Positions 35,622 to 46,200 of a DNA stretch of 64,000 nt are shown here, one piece after another. This DNA is from Candidatus Latescibacterota bacterium. Lineage in GTDB: Bacteria; Latescibacterota; UBA2968; UBA8231. The notes beneath the pieces are model-generated. The model worked only from the letters and a program-made list of their open reading frames with translations. It was not told where the DNA came from and searched no databases. The DNA is taken from positions 32,001-96,000 of the forward strand of contig OZ253462.1 in NCBI GenBank assembly GCA_965261395.1, read 5' to 3'. The position numbers and the translations under genes are program-made. The number at the start of each line of letters is the position of its first letter. Position 1 is the first letter of the stretch.

Positions 35622-37437
35622 GCTCGAACTCCTCTTGCCAATCCAGCTCTTCCTGCCACTGCGGCTGGTCTTTCTTGTCCAAGATATAAGAGCCCATGAC
35701 CAAAAAATCCATCTCGGTCCGCATGAAGCAGCGATAGGCATCTTCTGGGCTTTGGACGATGGGTTCGCCGCGCACGTTGAAGGACGTGTTGACCACCACT
35801 GGATATCCGGTCAGGCTCTGAAAGGCGCGAATCACGTCGTAGTAGCGCGGGTGATCTTGCCGGCGCAGCGTCTGCACTCGCGCCGAGTAATCCACGTGGG
35901 TGACGGCCGGCATATCCGAGCGCGGCACGTTTAGCTTGTCGATGCCGAACAGCCGCTGCTGGCCCTCGCTCATGGGGATCTGACGTTCCGCTTTAATCGG
36001 AGCCACTTGCAGCATGTAAGGCGAGTCGGCATCCAGCTCAAAGAACTCGTGTACACATTCGCGCAACACCGTCGGGGCAAAGGGGCGGAAACTCTCGCGG
36101 AACTTGATCTTGCGGTTCATCACCGACTGCATCTGGGTTGAGCGCGGATCGCCGAGAATCGACCGGGCGCCGAGCGCGCGCGGCCCAAATTCCATCCGCC
36201 CCTGAAAAAAGCCGACGACCTTGCCCGCGGCCAAAAGCTCGGCCACGCGCACCGGCAACTCGTCCTCGGCGAGCTTTTGCGCCACCCCCTCCTGCTGCTC
36301 AATGCACTGGTAGATTTCTTCGTCCCCGTACTCAGGCCCTAACAGCGCCCCCCGCATCGCGTCGTTTGCGCCGTCTGCCACCCGCTCGTGGCCCAAGTGG
36401 TTATACCACAGCGCCAGTGCGACGCCCAAGGCCCCGCCGGCATCGCCCGCAGCCGGCTGGATCCAGATGTTTTCAAAAGGGCCCTCGCGCAAGATGCGGC
36501 CGTTGCCAACGCAATTGAGTGCCACGCCACCGGCCATGCACAAATTTTTGAGCTTGGTTTCTCTGTGCACCGTGCGGGCAATGCGCAACATGACTTCTTC
36601 GGTGACGACCTGACAGGAGCGCGCAATATCCATCTCGCGCTGCGTCAGCGGCGTCTCGGGCCGCCGCGGCGCTCCCCCGAAGAGCTTGTCCATGGCCCGG
36701 CTGGTCATCGTCAAGCCGGAGAGGTAGTTGAAATAACGAGTGTTGAGCTTGAAGGAGCCGTCGTCTTTCAGATCGATTATCTCGTTGAGCATTAGCTCGA
36801 CGTATTTCGGCTCGCCATACGGGGCCAGCCCCATCAGCTTGTACTCGCCGGAGTTGACCTTGAAGCCCGCAAAATAGGTAAAAGCCGAATAGAACAAACC
36901 CAGCGAATGGGGAAACTTGATGTCGGCCAAGGTGTGAATTTCGGCATCTCGGCCGTAGCCATAGCTGGTAGTGGTCCACTCGCCGACCCCGTCCAAGGTC
37001 GCGATCGCCGCTTCTCGATACGGCGACGGATAGAAGGCCGACGCGGCGTGCGACTCGTGGTGGTCGCTGAACATTACCGGTACATCGCAGCCTAGCTGCT
37101 CTTGGATTAACTGCGGGATCCACAGTTTTTTTTCTAGCCAGACCTTCATGCTCTTCCAGTAGAGGCGGAGGCCCAATGGCGCAGTGCCGAGATGAGTCTC
37201 TAGCAGGCGTTCAAAGGTCAGCAGGGGTTTGTCGTAAAACCCCACGCAGTACAGATCTGTGGCCTCAATACCGCCTTCCCGCAGACAGTAGCTGACGGCA
37301 TGAGCGGGAAAATCTGGATCGTGTTTAACGCGCGTGAATCGCTCCTCCTGAGCAGCGGCGACGATCTCTCCGTCGCGCACCAAACAGGCCGCGCTATCGT
37401 GGTAGAACGCGGAAATGCCGAGGATGTGAGTGGCCAT
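35614..37437 (-). CDS. Carbamoyltransferase (NodU/CmcH/SxtI family)
   Basis: LGISAFYHDSAA, QEERFTR, HHESHAAS, GEYKLMGLAPYG, GPRALG, KFRESFRPFAP, NTSFNVRGEPIV. Confidence 0.93.
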   Translation of the reverse strand: MATHILGISAFYHDSAACLVRDGEIVAAAQEERFTRVKHDPDFPAHAVSYCLREGGIEATDLYCVGFYDKPLLTFERLLETHLGTAPLGLRLYWKSMKVWLEKKLWIPQLIQEQLGCDVPVMFSDHHESHAASAFYPSPYREAAIATLDGVGEWTTTSYGYGRDAEIHTLADIKFPHSLGLFYSAFTYFAGFKVNSGEYKLMGLAPYGEPKYVELMLNEIIDLKDDGSFKLNTRYFNYLSGLTMTSRAMDKLFGGAPRRPETPLTQREMDIARSCQVVTEEVMLRIARTVHRETKLKNLCMAGGVALNCVGNGRILREGPFENIWIQPAAGDAGGALGVALALWYNHLGHERVADGANDAMRGALLGPEYGDEEIYQCIEQQEGVAQKLAEDELPVRVAELLAAGKVVGFFQGRMEFGPRALGARSILGDPRSTQMQSVMNRKIKFRESFRPFAPTVLRECVHEFFELDADSPYMLQVAPIKAERQIPMSEGQQRLFGIDKLNVPRSDMPAVTHVDYSARVQTLRRQDHPRYYDVIRAFQSLTGYPVVVNTSFNVRGEPIVQSPEDAYRCFMRTEMDFLVMGSYILDKKDQPQWQEELDWQEEFELD

Positions 37438-37444
37438 AAGGAAC

Positions 37445-37473
37445 TTGACAAAATGGGCTATAACAGCGATACT
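37445..37473 (+). promoter_or_regulatory. Sigma70-like promoter for lysA
   Basis: TTGACA-N17-GATACT in an AT-rich divergent intergenic region. Confidence 0.6.
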
Positions 37474-37529
37474 AAAAAGTTTTTATAACCTACGGATTCT
37501 ATTGAAAAATATCAAGTTAGGGTCATTTA

Positions 37530-38801
37530 ATGGAACGGCTTTCACTCCTGTCTGAAGACCAAGTTCGCGCCGTCCAGCGGCAGTTTGGCACGCCCACTTT
37601 TGTCTATGACCAAAAGGCGTTGGAATCCCAAGCCCAAAAGGCACTGGCCTTCCCCAATGCACACGGCCTAACGGTTCGCTACGCGGTGAAAGCCTGTCCA
37701 GCAGCCGGCGTGATTCGCATTCTCAACCGCGCCGGCCTACACATCGACGCGAGTAGTGGCTACGAAGCGCTGCGGGCCATGCGCGCTGGCGTCCCAGCGG
37801 CCCAGATTCAGATCACGGCCCAACAGCTACCCGACAATATAGCAGACCTAGTCCGCCAAGGCGTACTCTTTAACGCTTGTTCCGTACACCAGCTCGAAGC
37901 CTACGGCCGACTCTTTCCGGGCCGTGAAGTCTCCGTGCGCGTCAACCCAGGACTAGGCTCGGGGCACAGCAACCGCACCAATACGGGCGGCCCTTCGTCG
38001 AGCTTCGGCATCTGGCACGAGCACCTCGACCAAGTGCTCGCAACAGCAGCCGACCACGACCTGCACATCACCGGCTTGCACAGCCATATCGGCTCGGGCA
38101 GCGACCCAGAAGTCTGGCAGCACTGTGCCCGGCTGACGCTGGGTGTGGCCGCCAAGCTGCCCGAGGTTAGGCGCGTGAGTATGGGCGGCGGTTTCATGGT
38201 TGGGCGCATGGCCGACGAAGTATCGACCGACTTGCGCGAAGCTGGCCAACCTGTCGCCGACGAATTCAACCGCTTTGCCCGCGAGCACGGCCGCAGGCTG
38301 CACATGGAAATCGAACCCGGGACCTTCTTGGTGGGCAACGCCGGTGCCATCGTCTGCAGCATCGTCGATGTAGTCGACACCGGCCAGCAGGGCTATTTCT
38401 TCATCAAGGTCGATAGCGGCATGACCGAAGTGCTGCGTCCTAGCTTGTACGGGGCACAACATCCCATCGTCGTGGTCCCGGCCACACCAGAAGAACGCGG
38501 CCAAGGCGAGTACCTAATCGCCGGTCATTGCTGTGAAAGCGGGGATATTCTCACGCCAGCATCCGGCAACCCCGAAGAGCTGGCACCCCGCTTACTCACC
38601 GAGCCGCGCATCGGCGACGCGGTTTTTATCGGCGGCAGTGGGGCCTATTGCGCTGGCATGGCAGCCAAAAACTACAATTCCTTCCCGGAAGCATGCGAAG
38701 TCTTGCTCGGCACAGACGGCGAGCTCCATCTGCTGCGCCAGCGCCAGACCCTCGACCAGATCGTAGCCAACGAGTCCCTACCCGCTTTCCTCAGCGCCTG
38801 A
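37530..38801 (+). CDS. lysA: Diaminopimelate decarboxylase
   Basis: YAVKA (PLP Lys), HSHIGSG, EPG, RPSLYG, CCESGD, YNSFP. Confidence 0.92.
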   Translation: MERLSLLSEDQVRAVQRQFGTPTFVYDQKALESQAQKALAFPNAHGLTVRYAVKACPAAGVIRILNRAGLHIDASSGYEALRAMRAGVPAAQIQITAQQLPDNIADLVRQGVLFNACSVHQLEAYGRLFPGREVSVRVNPGLGSGHSNRTNTGGPSSSFGIWHEHLDQVLATAADHDLHITGLHSHIGSGSDPEVWQHCARLTLGVAAKLPEVRRVSMGGGFMVGRMADEVSTDLREAGQPVADEFNRFAREHGRRLHMEIEPGTFLVGNAGAIVCSIVDVVDTGQQGYFFIKVDSGMTEVLRPSLYGAQHPIVVVPATPEERGQGEYLIAGHCCESGDILTPASGNPEELAPRLLTEPRIGDAVFIGGSGAYCAGMAAKNYNSFPEACEVLLGTDGELHLLRQRQTLDQIVANESLPAFLSA

Positions 38802-39821
38802 ACTGCGTAGCTTCGGGTCCAGCGCGTCGCGCAGCCCGTCGCCCAGCAGGTTGTACAGGGTCACTGTCGCAAAAATGGCCACGCCTGGTACGACCACCAA
38901 CCACCAAGCTGCCGTATTGCTGCGCGCTCCAGCCAGCAGGGCACCCCAAGTGATCACTTCTGCCGGTATCCCCACGCCCAAAAAGCTCAATCCCGACTCG
39001 GCGAGTATGGCACCCGCGACCCCGAAGGCCACCGGGATCAGGATCGGTCCGATGGCGTTGGGCAGGATGTGGCGGAACATGATTCGTCCGTTTGAGTACC
39101 CGAGACTGCGAGCTGCGGCCACGTAATCGTAGCTGCGCACCTGCAAAAACTGCGAGCGCGTCAAGCGGGCAATACTGACCCAACTCGTAAGACCGATAAT
39201 GACCATGACGAAGAACAGACTCGGCGGAAAAAACGCCGCGACCGTCAGGATTAGGAAGAAGCTGGGGATCGCGGCCCACAGCTCGAAAAGGCGCGAGAGT
39301 GCCAAGTCTATCCAGCCGCCTAAGTAGCCGGCCAACGCCCCTAAGACCAAGCCAATGGTCAGCGATATGCCCACGGCTACTAGGCCGATGGTCATGGCGT
39401 AGCGCGTGCCGTGAATCAGCCCCGAGAGCACGTCGCGGCCCAAGCGGTCCGTGCCCAGCCAGTGCTCAGCTCCGGGGGACTGGTACTTCTCCCGCAAGCG
39501 AATTTCGCCCGGGGCATACGGCACCGGCGGGAAGATGGCCTCCTCTAGCTTGAGCTTTTTGAAGTTGCGGCGGCGCTTCAATTCCACCGGCCAGTCCACT
39601 ACCCCCAGATAGACTCCGTATTGGCGGAAAGCTGGAAAGTAGATCTCTCCCTTGTATTTCATGTAGTACGGCTTGTCGCCGGCCAGTAAGTCGGCGCTCA
39701 TGGCCACAATCCCCAGCAAGACGACGCCCAAGAGACTGAACAGAGCGGGTTTGTTTTTCTTGAACTGCTTCCAGACGACCTGCCCGTAGGACTGCCCTTG
39801 TGCAACGGCCTCCGCGCTCAT
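38778..39821 (-). CDS. oppC: Oligopeptide ABC transporter permease (OppC/DppC-like)
   Basis: HWLGTDRLGRDV, RHILPN, ESGLSFLG, NLLGDGLRDALDP. Confidence 0.9.
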   Translation of the reverse strand: MSAEAVAQGQSYGQVVWKQFKKNKPALFSLLGVVLLGIVAMSADLLAGDKPYYMKYKGEIYFPAFRQYGVYLGVVDWPVELKRRRNFKKLKLEEAIFPPVPYAPGEIRLREKYQSPGAEHWLGTDRLGRDVLSGLIHGTRYAMTIGLVAVGISLTIGLVLGALAGYLGGWIDLALSRLFELWAAIPSFFLILTVAAFFPPSLFFVMVIIGLTSWVSIARLTRSQFLQVRSYDYVAAARSLGYSNGRIMFRHILPNAIGPILIPVAFGVAGAILAESGLSFLGVGIPAEVITWGALLAGARSNTAAWWLVVVPGVAIFATVTLYNLLGDGLRDALDPKLRSSGAEESG

Positions 39822-41117
39822 CTATACACTCGCAAAGTCGATGCGCGGGTCCACGGCCTTGAGCAGAATATCCGCCACCAAGATCCCCGCCAGCGACAGG
39901 GCCGCGCCAATGGTAAAGAGCGCCATGGCCACGGGGTAATCGCGCACGATGACCGACTGGAAGGCCAAGAAGCCCATGCCCGGAATGGTAAAGATCGTCT
40001 CGATAAACACCGAACCCGCGATCATCCCCGGCAAAAGCCCCGCCAGCAGTGTCACGATGGGAATCAGGGAGTTGCGCAGCACGTGGCGCAGCACCACAAC
40101 TCGGTAGCGCAATCCCTTGGCTTGGGCTGTGCGCACGTAGTCCAGCCGCAAATTCTCCAGCATGCTGGTGCGCATATAGCGCGAGATACCGGCGAAGCTG
40201 GCGTAGGTCGAAGCCAATACCGGCAAGACCATGTGGTGGGCGTGGTCGGTCAACAGCCGCCAGAATCCCCAGTCTTCCCCCGCTTCTATAGATTGGATCC
40301 CAGAGGCCGGAAACCAGTGGAAGAATTCCTTGTTGCAGAAAAACAAGATCAACAGCATGCCGACCCAGAACGAAGGCATCGACCACAGCATAAAAGTCCC
40401 GGTGGTAGCCAAGCGATCGATAGCGGTATTTTGCTTGACCGCGATCACTATGCCCAGTGGCACGCCGATGAGATAGGCAAAGACTAGACTGATGAGGTTG
40501 ATTTCCAGCGTGACGGGCAGCCGGTCGAGGATGTGGTCAATGACCGGTTCTTGGTCTTTGAAGGAACGCCCCAAATTCAGCGTCACCAAACGCCAGCTAT
40601 CCGTCTGCATCAGCTCCAAGCCAGACCCGGCATAAGCGTAGTTTTTGGCGGGCGAGAAAAGGCGGCTCTGCCAGAAAGGCGACTCGACTAGCTCGTTGAC
40701 GCGCTCGGGGCGCAGGCGGCGAAAGTGCTCCAAAAAGCGCGCCTTGCGCTCTGCGCCCTCAAGCACCGCCAATTCGGCTCGCGCCGCATCTGGCAGCTCG
40801 TCGAGCATCGCGTCGGCCAACAAGGCCCCGCGGTCGAATGCGTCTAGGTCTTCCACGCGCAAGACCAAGTTGGAAAGCCAGTGCAAATACTGGAGGTACA
40901 GCGGTTGGTCCAGTCCGAGCTGGCGACGCAAATCCCGGCGCGTCTTCTCCATGTTCGCCTGGTGGTCGGTGGAGATCCCCTCGCCACCAGCGGCCCCCCC
41001 CAAGAACAGATCAACCGGGTCGCCGGGCGCCAAGCGCATAATCAGGAAGGTCAGTAGGGTGATGCCGAGGAGGGTTGGGATGGCCAGCAGAATGCGCTGG
41101 ATGGTGTACTGCAGCAT
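39822..41117 (-). CDS. oppB: Oligopeptide ABC transporter permease (OppB/DppB-like) with an enlarged periplasmic loop
   Basis: LAPGDP, GLDQPLYLQY, DYVRTAQAKGL, RHVLRNSL, RDYP, DPRI. Confidence 0.9.
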   Translation of the reverse strand: MLQYTIQRILLAIPTLLGITLLTFLIMRLAPGDPVDLFLGGAAGGEGISTDHQANMEKTRRDLRRQLGLDQPLYLQYLHWLSNLVLRVEDLDAFDRGALLADAMLDELPDAARAELAVLEGAERKARFLEHFRRLRPERVNELVESPFWQSRLFSPAKNYAYAGSGLELMQTDSWRLVTLNLGRSFKDQEPVIDHILDRLPVTLEINLISLVFAYLIGVPLGIVIAVKQNTAIDRLATTGTFMLWSMPSFWVGMLLILFFCNKEFFHWFPASGIQSIEAGEDWGFWRLLTDHAHHMVLPVLASTYASFAGISRYMRTSMLENLRLDYVRTAQAKGLRYRVVVLRHVLRNSLIPIVTLLAGLLPGMIAGSVFIETIFTIPGMGFLAFQSVIVRDYPVAMALFTIGAALSLAGILVADILLKAVDPRIDFASV

Positions 41118-41139
41118 GGTGGATTACAGCGCGGGCGCT

Positions 41140-42144
41140 TTACTCTTCTAGTTCCTCAGCCCGCGCAAACGCCGCCTCGCTCTCCTCAACCAAGTCCTTG
41201 TGGGCGTAAACCGTCCCCAAGTGCAACCACACCAACTCATTGTCTGGCATTTGTTCGGCGAGCTGCTCCAAGAGCGGCAACGCACCGTCCATGTCCTCTG
41301 TGGCCAAGTGGACCATGGCGAGGTTGTAGAGTACGTCCCCGTCGTCGGGTTCGAGCTGTAGGGCCTGCTCATAGGCCCGCTTAGCCGCGGTGTATTTTTC
41401 TTGCTGCCAGTAGAGGTTGCCCAAGTTGAAGCGGGGCCTGAAATCATCGGGGTTCTGCTCAATAACCTTGCGATAATTGGCCTCAGCGCCCTCGTAGTCC
41501 TCGGCTTGGGCTTGGGCGATGGCGAGATTGGTCAGGGCATTGAGGTTTGCGGGATTGATCTTGACCGCCTGCGACAAGGTGCCGATGGCCGCATCGAGGT
41601 CGCCTTTTCCTAAGTAAAGCGACCCTAGGCTGAAAAAGGTGCCCTCGTCTTCTGGATCCGCCGACGCGACCTTCTGATAGGTAGCAATGGCCGCATCCGT
41701 GCTGTCGATCTGGTAATAGACGTACGCGAGGTTGCGCCAAGCGTCGAGCGCGCTTTCGTCGATGATGGTCGCGTTGTGAAACGAGTGCCGCGCCATGACG
41801 TAATTCGGGGCCTCGCCTTGGGCATGAGCGACGCCGGCCTTGTACTCGCGCGCCCAAAATTGGCGGCGCGTTTGTTCAACCTCACTTTGAAACTTAGAAT
41901 CGCTCTCGGCGTGCGCCAAGTGCTCGGCCATTTCGCCATAGCGGCCCTCGTCCCCTAAAAGCTTGCCCATGAGCAAGTGGGCCTCGTAATTTTCCGGCTC
42001 GGTCTGCAAGACTAGGGCGAGTTGTTTTTTGGCCTCTTGCGGCCGCTCCTGCTTGATATAGAGCCTGGCCGCCGTCATGGTCGAACTCTGACATCCCAAT
42101 CCGGCGACGGCGACGAGCACCGCCAGCCAGCACACGCACTTCAT
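41140..42144 (-). CDS. TPR-repeat lipoprotein
   Basis: Lipobox GLGC followed by tandem TPR motifs (AWRNLA, FSLGSLY, LTNLA, FNLGNLY, LYNLA). Confidence 0.85.
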   Translation of the reverse strand: MKCVCWLAVLVAVAGLGCQSSTMTAARLYIKQERPQEAKKQLALVLQTEPENYEAHLLMGKLLGDEGRYGEMAEHLAHAESDSKFQSEVEQTRRQFWAREYKAGVAHAQGEAPNYVMARHSFHNATIIDESALDAWRNLAYVYYQIDSTDAAIATYQKVASADPEDEGTFFSLGSLYLGKGDLDAAIGTLSQAVKINPANLNALTNLAIAQAQAEDYEGAEANYRKVIEQNPDDFRPRFNLGNLYWQQEKYTAAKRAYEQALQLEPDDGDVLYNLAMVHLATEDMDGALPLLEQLAEQMPDNELVWLHLGTVYAHKDLVEESEAAFARAEELEE

Positions 42145-42206
42145 TGGCAATCTCCCGCGAAAAAACTGCGCGGCGCACGTCTTGTGCACCGCGCAACGGT
42201 CGAACT

Positions 42207-43229
42207 TTAGAAACCGAACTGAAAGGTAAAGGTATTGAGGGCGTCGAAATACTCGACCGTAGTGTAGGCGTAATCAACGCGCAAATCTTTGATCGTCCCG
42301 GCCTCCAGATTCAGACCAAAGCCGAAGCTGGTGCCGTAGATGTAGTCGTCGGTTGAGTTGGGCGCGTAGTCGAAGCCAGCGCGCAGGGCGAAGAAATCGG
42401 CCAACATATACTCGGCACCCAACCGGTACTGGTCGTAGGCGAAATTGTTGTGCCGGAAGACCGAGGACAAGTTGACCGCGTCCATATAGCGATAGCTCAG
42501 ACCGAGCTCGAACGTCGAGGGCAGGTCAGCCGAGCTAGCTTGTACATTGAAATCGGAGGGTCCGCGGCGCAACCCGTTGAGCTGGCCGCGGCGCAACAGG
42601 CCGGAACCGCCAAACTGCATCCGCGTGCCGATGTGCTTGAGCGCCACTCCTAGGTCCAAGCCGGCAATCCCGCCCAAATTGGCGTATTGCAGACCGGCAC
42701 TAAACGAGGTCGCGGTGGCCTCGACGCGCTGGATGCGGTTGACGATGTAATGACTGGTAATCCCGACGGCGATGCGGTCGGTCAGTTCCCGGGCAAAGGT
42801 CAGGCCCAAGGTGAAAAAGGTCGGCGAAAAGGTCGCACCGGTGCCGTCGGGGTTGGCCTCGGTGGTCACCGGGATTGCGCCGAAATCCAGTGCCTTGATG
42901 TTGAGGGCCAGCGAGCCGACACTCTTGAAGTTGGCACCGGTAGCTAGGTAGTTGATGCGGGTATCCGCTAGATAGGACATCGTCGAAAACAGGATGCCCG
43001 CGTTGGATTCGGACTTGGGCAGACCCGCTGGGTTCCAGTGCAGGGCCTCCAGACCAGAAGTAGTGGCGATCGAGGCACCGCCCAAGGCCATGTCGCGTGC
43101 GCCGACCGGAATCAGCAGTTCCGGAGCGGCGGCCGTACCAGCGCGGTCCTGACCGTCGGCAAAGGCCGCAGCCGAGGCGAAAACCAGCGCCAGCAGGATC
43201 GTCGAGATGCGAAAGCTATGTCGAAGCAT
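42207..43229 (-). CDS. PorV/PorQ-family outer-membrane barrel
   Basis: GTAAAPELLIPVGARDMALGG, LHWNPAGL, RVDYAY, terminal Phe. Confidence 0.85.
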   Translation of the reverse strand: MLRHSFRISTILLALVFASAAAFADGQDRAGTAAAPELLIPVGARDMALGGASIATTSGLEALHWNPAGLPKSESNAGILFSTMSYLADTRINYLATGANFKSVGSLALNIKALDFGAIPVTTEANPDGTGATFSPTFFTLGLTFARELTDRIAVGITSHYIVNRIQRVEATATSFSAGLQYANLGGIAGLDLGVALKHIGTRMQFGGSGLLRRGQLNGLRRGPSDFNVQASSADLPSTFELGLSYRYMDAVNLSSVFRHNNFAYDQYRLGAEYMLADFFALRAGFDYAPNSTDDYIYGTSFGFGLNLEAGTIKDLRVDYAYTTVEYFDALNTFTFQFGF

Positions 43230-43268
43230 GGAATAGTCTCCTGTTTCTCCCTTTGAGATCCTGTGCAC

Positions 43269-46200
43269 CTAGAAGTTCTCCAAGAATTGCTGCTCTTGGA
43301 TGACGGCCAGCTTGAGGATCCGACTTTCGCCGATCCCCGGCAGCTCGATATGGGCGATATACATGCCGCTGGCCACCGGCAACTGGTTTTGGTTTTGCAA
43401 ATCCCAGCGCGTGAACTGCGACGGGTCATCCTTCTCAATCGTGCGCACCAGGGTGCCGCTCATGTCGAAGATGCGAATATTCGCCTTGGGTGGCAGGTAG
43501 CTGAAGGTCACGAAGTGACTGTAACGGCTGGTCTCCGCCAAATTGACGCCTAGGTAGGGATTGGGGAAAACATTGATCTTCTCGACGTTTTCCTTGGCCA
43601 ATGCTTCGGAGTACGTCGCGGCCGTCACGCTGAACTCAAATTCGTCCTCACCAGCCACCACGGTATTGCCGATGGTGATCTTCAGTACGTCGCCCGTCGA
43701 CCAGACCGAAGCACCTCCCTGGGAAAAGAAGTAAACCCAGGTGGTGTTATCGTCCGTCAGTTCGTGGATCTTGGTCGGATCGTAGTCAGTGTGGACGATG
43801 GTGATATAGTCGCGCCCCGGCATGTTGTAGGTCTGGTGATAGACAACGCTACCATCGTCTCTCGACCCGTCGGCACCGCGGTCGAAGAACACGGCGTTCA
43901 ACTGGCGCGGATTGTCCGGATCTTCCACGTCCCAGATCTCAAAGGGCACGCGCTGGAGAAAGGCACCGGTCGAATCCGATACCTCGGCGGGCTTGAAGGG
44001 ATGCGCCGCGATATCGCGCTCGCCGCTGCCACCGCTGACGCCACCGAGGGTTGCCATTGAGCCGCCCTCGACAATTGCGGTGCTATCAGCGTCCCACACG
44101 CCGGTGAAGCGGAACTCGATATCGCGCACCAGCCGATTGTCACCGGCACCGCCACCTTCCCAGAAGGTTGATCCATAGCCGTCGGAATAACCGAAGAGCG
44201 TACCGTCACCCCACAGGCTGAGGTCGCCATCCTCCGGATCGGCGTCGTTGGTCACTTGGGCACTGATATAGGTCGTCGGATTGGTGAAGACCAGATTACC
44301 TACCTTGACTTGGATGCCTTCGACGATGGGATAGCTCTCGTCGAGGGAAATATTGCTCTCCCGGTCGACTAGGATCTCTCCGCCTCGCGACAGGCTCCAA
44401 GTCGCGTCGTCATTGAAGGTGACCTTGTAGGCCGACTGCTGCAGGGCCGTGGGGTCAACCACCATTGGCCATACGCTGGCGTCGCCGATGCCCTTGGTGT
44501 GTTCGGCGGGTAGCACCTCACCAGGGGCCTCATGGGTGCGCGTGATGCCCGGAGGCGCGACTTGTGGAACGCAGATGATGGTCTGCGGACTACTCTCTAG
44601 GGTGGTGGTCGTCGCTGCCTCCTCCGAAGTGGCGCGGCTGTAGGCAGTCACCGCGAAGTAGTACTGCTGGCCATTGACCAGTGGCCCGCTGCGCAACGCG
44701 TCGCGGGTCATGGTGATATATCGCTGGAGGCCGCCGTCGCTGCCGATCTGCAAAGGCACGTCCAAAACCACGCCAGACTGCTCGTCGAGAGCGATACCCA
44801 ATATGGTCGTCACGCCGTTGACTAGGTCAAAAGTGGCGATCTTGGTACCCTGGCTCAGCGTCGCCTCGACCGAAGGCAATTGGTAAACATTATAGCCTTC
44901 AAACTCAAAACCGGGCGAACCCACACTTTCGGTCTTGGCCACCGACTCTGGGTCCCAACCCCAGTTGAGTACGATGGTCTGGTCGAGCTCGACTAGGCGG
45001 ACTTTGGGCTGGGTCGGCGGCTTGGGCACCTGAAAGAAGTTGTTGTAGGCGTCCTGTACGAACTGGTCGGTGAATTTTAGCTTGGAGACGCTGCGCAGGC
45101 GATCGCTGCTGATCGCGCCCAGCAGCGCGACCACCACTTCCTGGGTGTCGCCCAATGCCATCTCGAAAGACCCGGTGGCCAGCACGATGCGCCGGTCGCC
45201 GGCCGGCAGCGGCACGCCGTCGTTCCAGCCGGTGGCTCTGGTCGGATCGCCGTCGAGCGTGAACTTGGTGTCGGCATTGGTCAGCGGATTGGTGTAGGGC
45301 ACGGGATTTTCGACATCGTCCTGCGGCTGGAAGCCACGCAGCAGATTGTACCACTGCTGAGTGCCTATGTATTCGCCCAGTTCTGGATCGGATATCGCAC
45401 TGCCGGCGGCAAAGTACACGAAGGCCGTCATCGGCAAGTTCTTGTAGCCGGGACGCAGACCCTCGTTGAAGATGGCCACCGAATTCTCGTCGAGCAGTTG
45501 GTTGCCGTCATCATCGACGGCAATATTGCCATCGTCGTCTAGCTGATAAACCGGTACGATCGGGCCTTGTAAAAAGTCGTACCCAGCGGCCGGTGGAGCC
45601 AAGCCGAAGGAGACGTAGTGCGAGTCGTCGTCGATCGAGTTGTACACATAACCCAAGCTCAGGCCGACGTCAGCACCGGCAAAGTCGTCGCCGAAGTCGC
45701 CCAGATCTGGATCGGACCACTGGGCGAAATACATGTCTTCGATCACTGCATCGTCCGTGGCCTCTGCGGTGCCCTTGTAGATGATCTTGTACTTCTTGAA
45801 GATCACGTCGCCCAAGGCGTCGGAACGCGCATAGCCCCACAGCGTGACCTGGGTCTCCAGGCCGATGGGCAAAGAGCCGTAGAGACTGGTTGTGGCACCC
45901 TGATCCAGATCGTTGATAGCAAACCAGATTACCTGGTCCGCGCTGGCCAGCCCCGGCTCGTCAACTGCGGGATCGTACTGCCCATTTCCGTCGTTGTCGT
46001 AATAGGGCGCACCCTGGTCGGCCGGCCATTCCATCCAATCGCGCTCGTACTGGGCGCGCACCGCCTCCTCGTGGGCGGCGGTGACCGCGCTCAAACCGAT
46101 GTTGAGGACCTCGGAGGCGTCTAACCGCAAATCCGCGGTCGCCCAATCGCGGCGGATCCGATAGAGCCGGGCCGTGTCGCGGTCCTGGGCCACGCCCTTG

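Noticed and set aside
35191-37437. Saxitoxin biosynthesis
   Set aside because: Only generic SxtI/J-like genes are present, with no sxtA, sxtG or other pathway genes.
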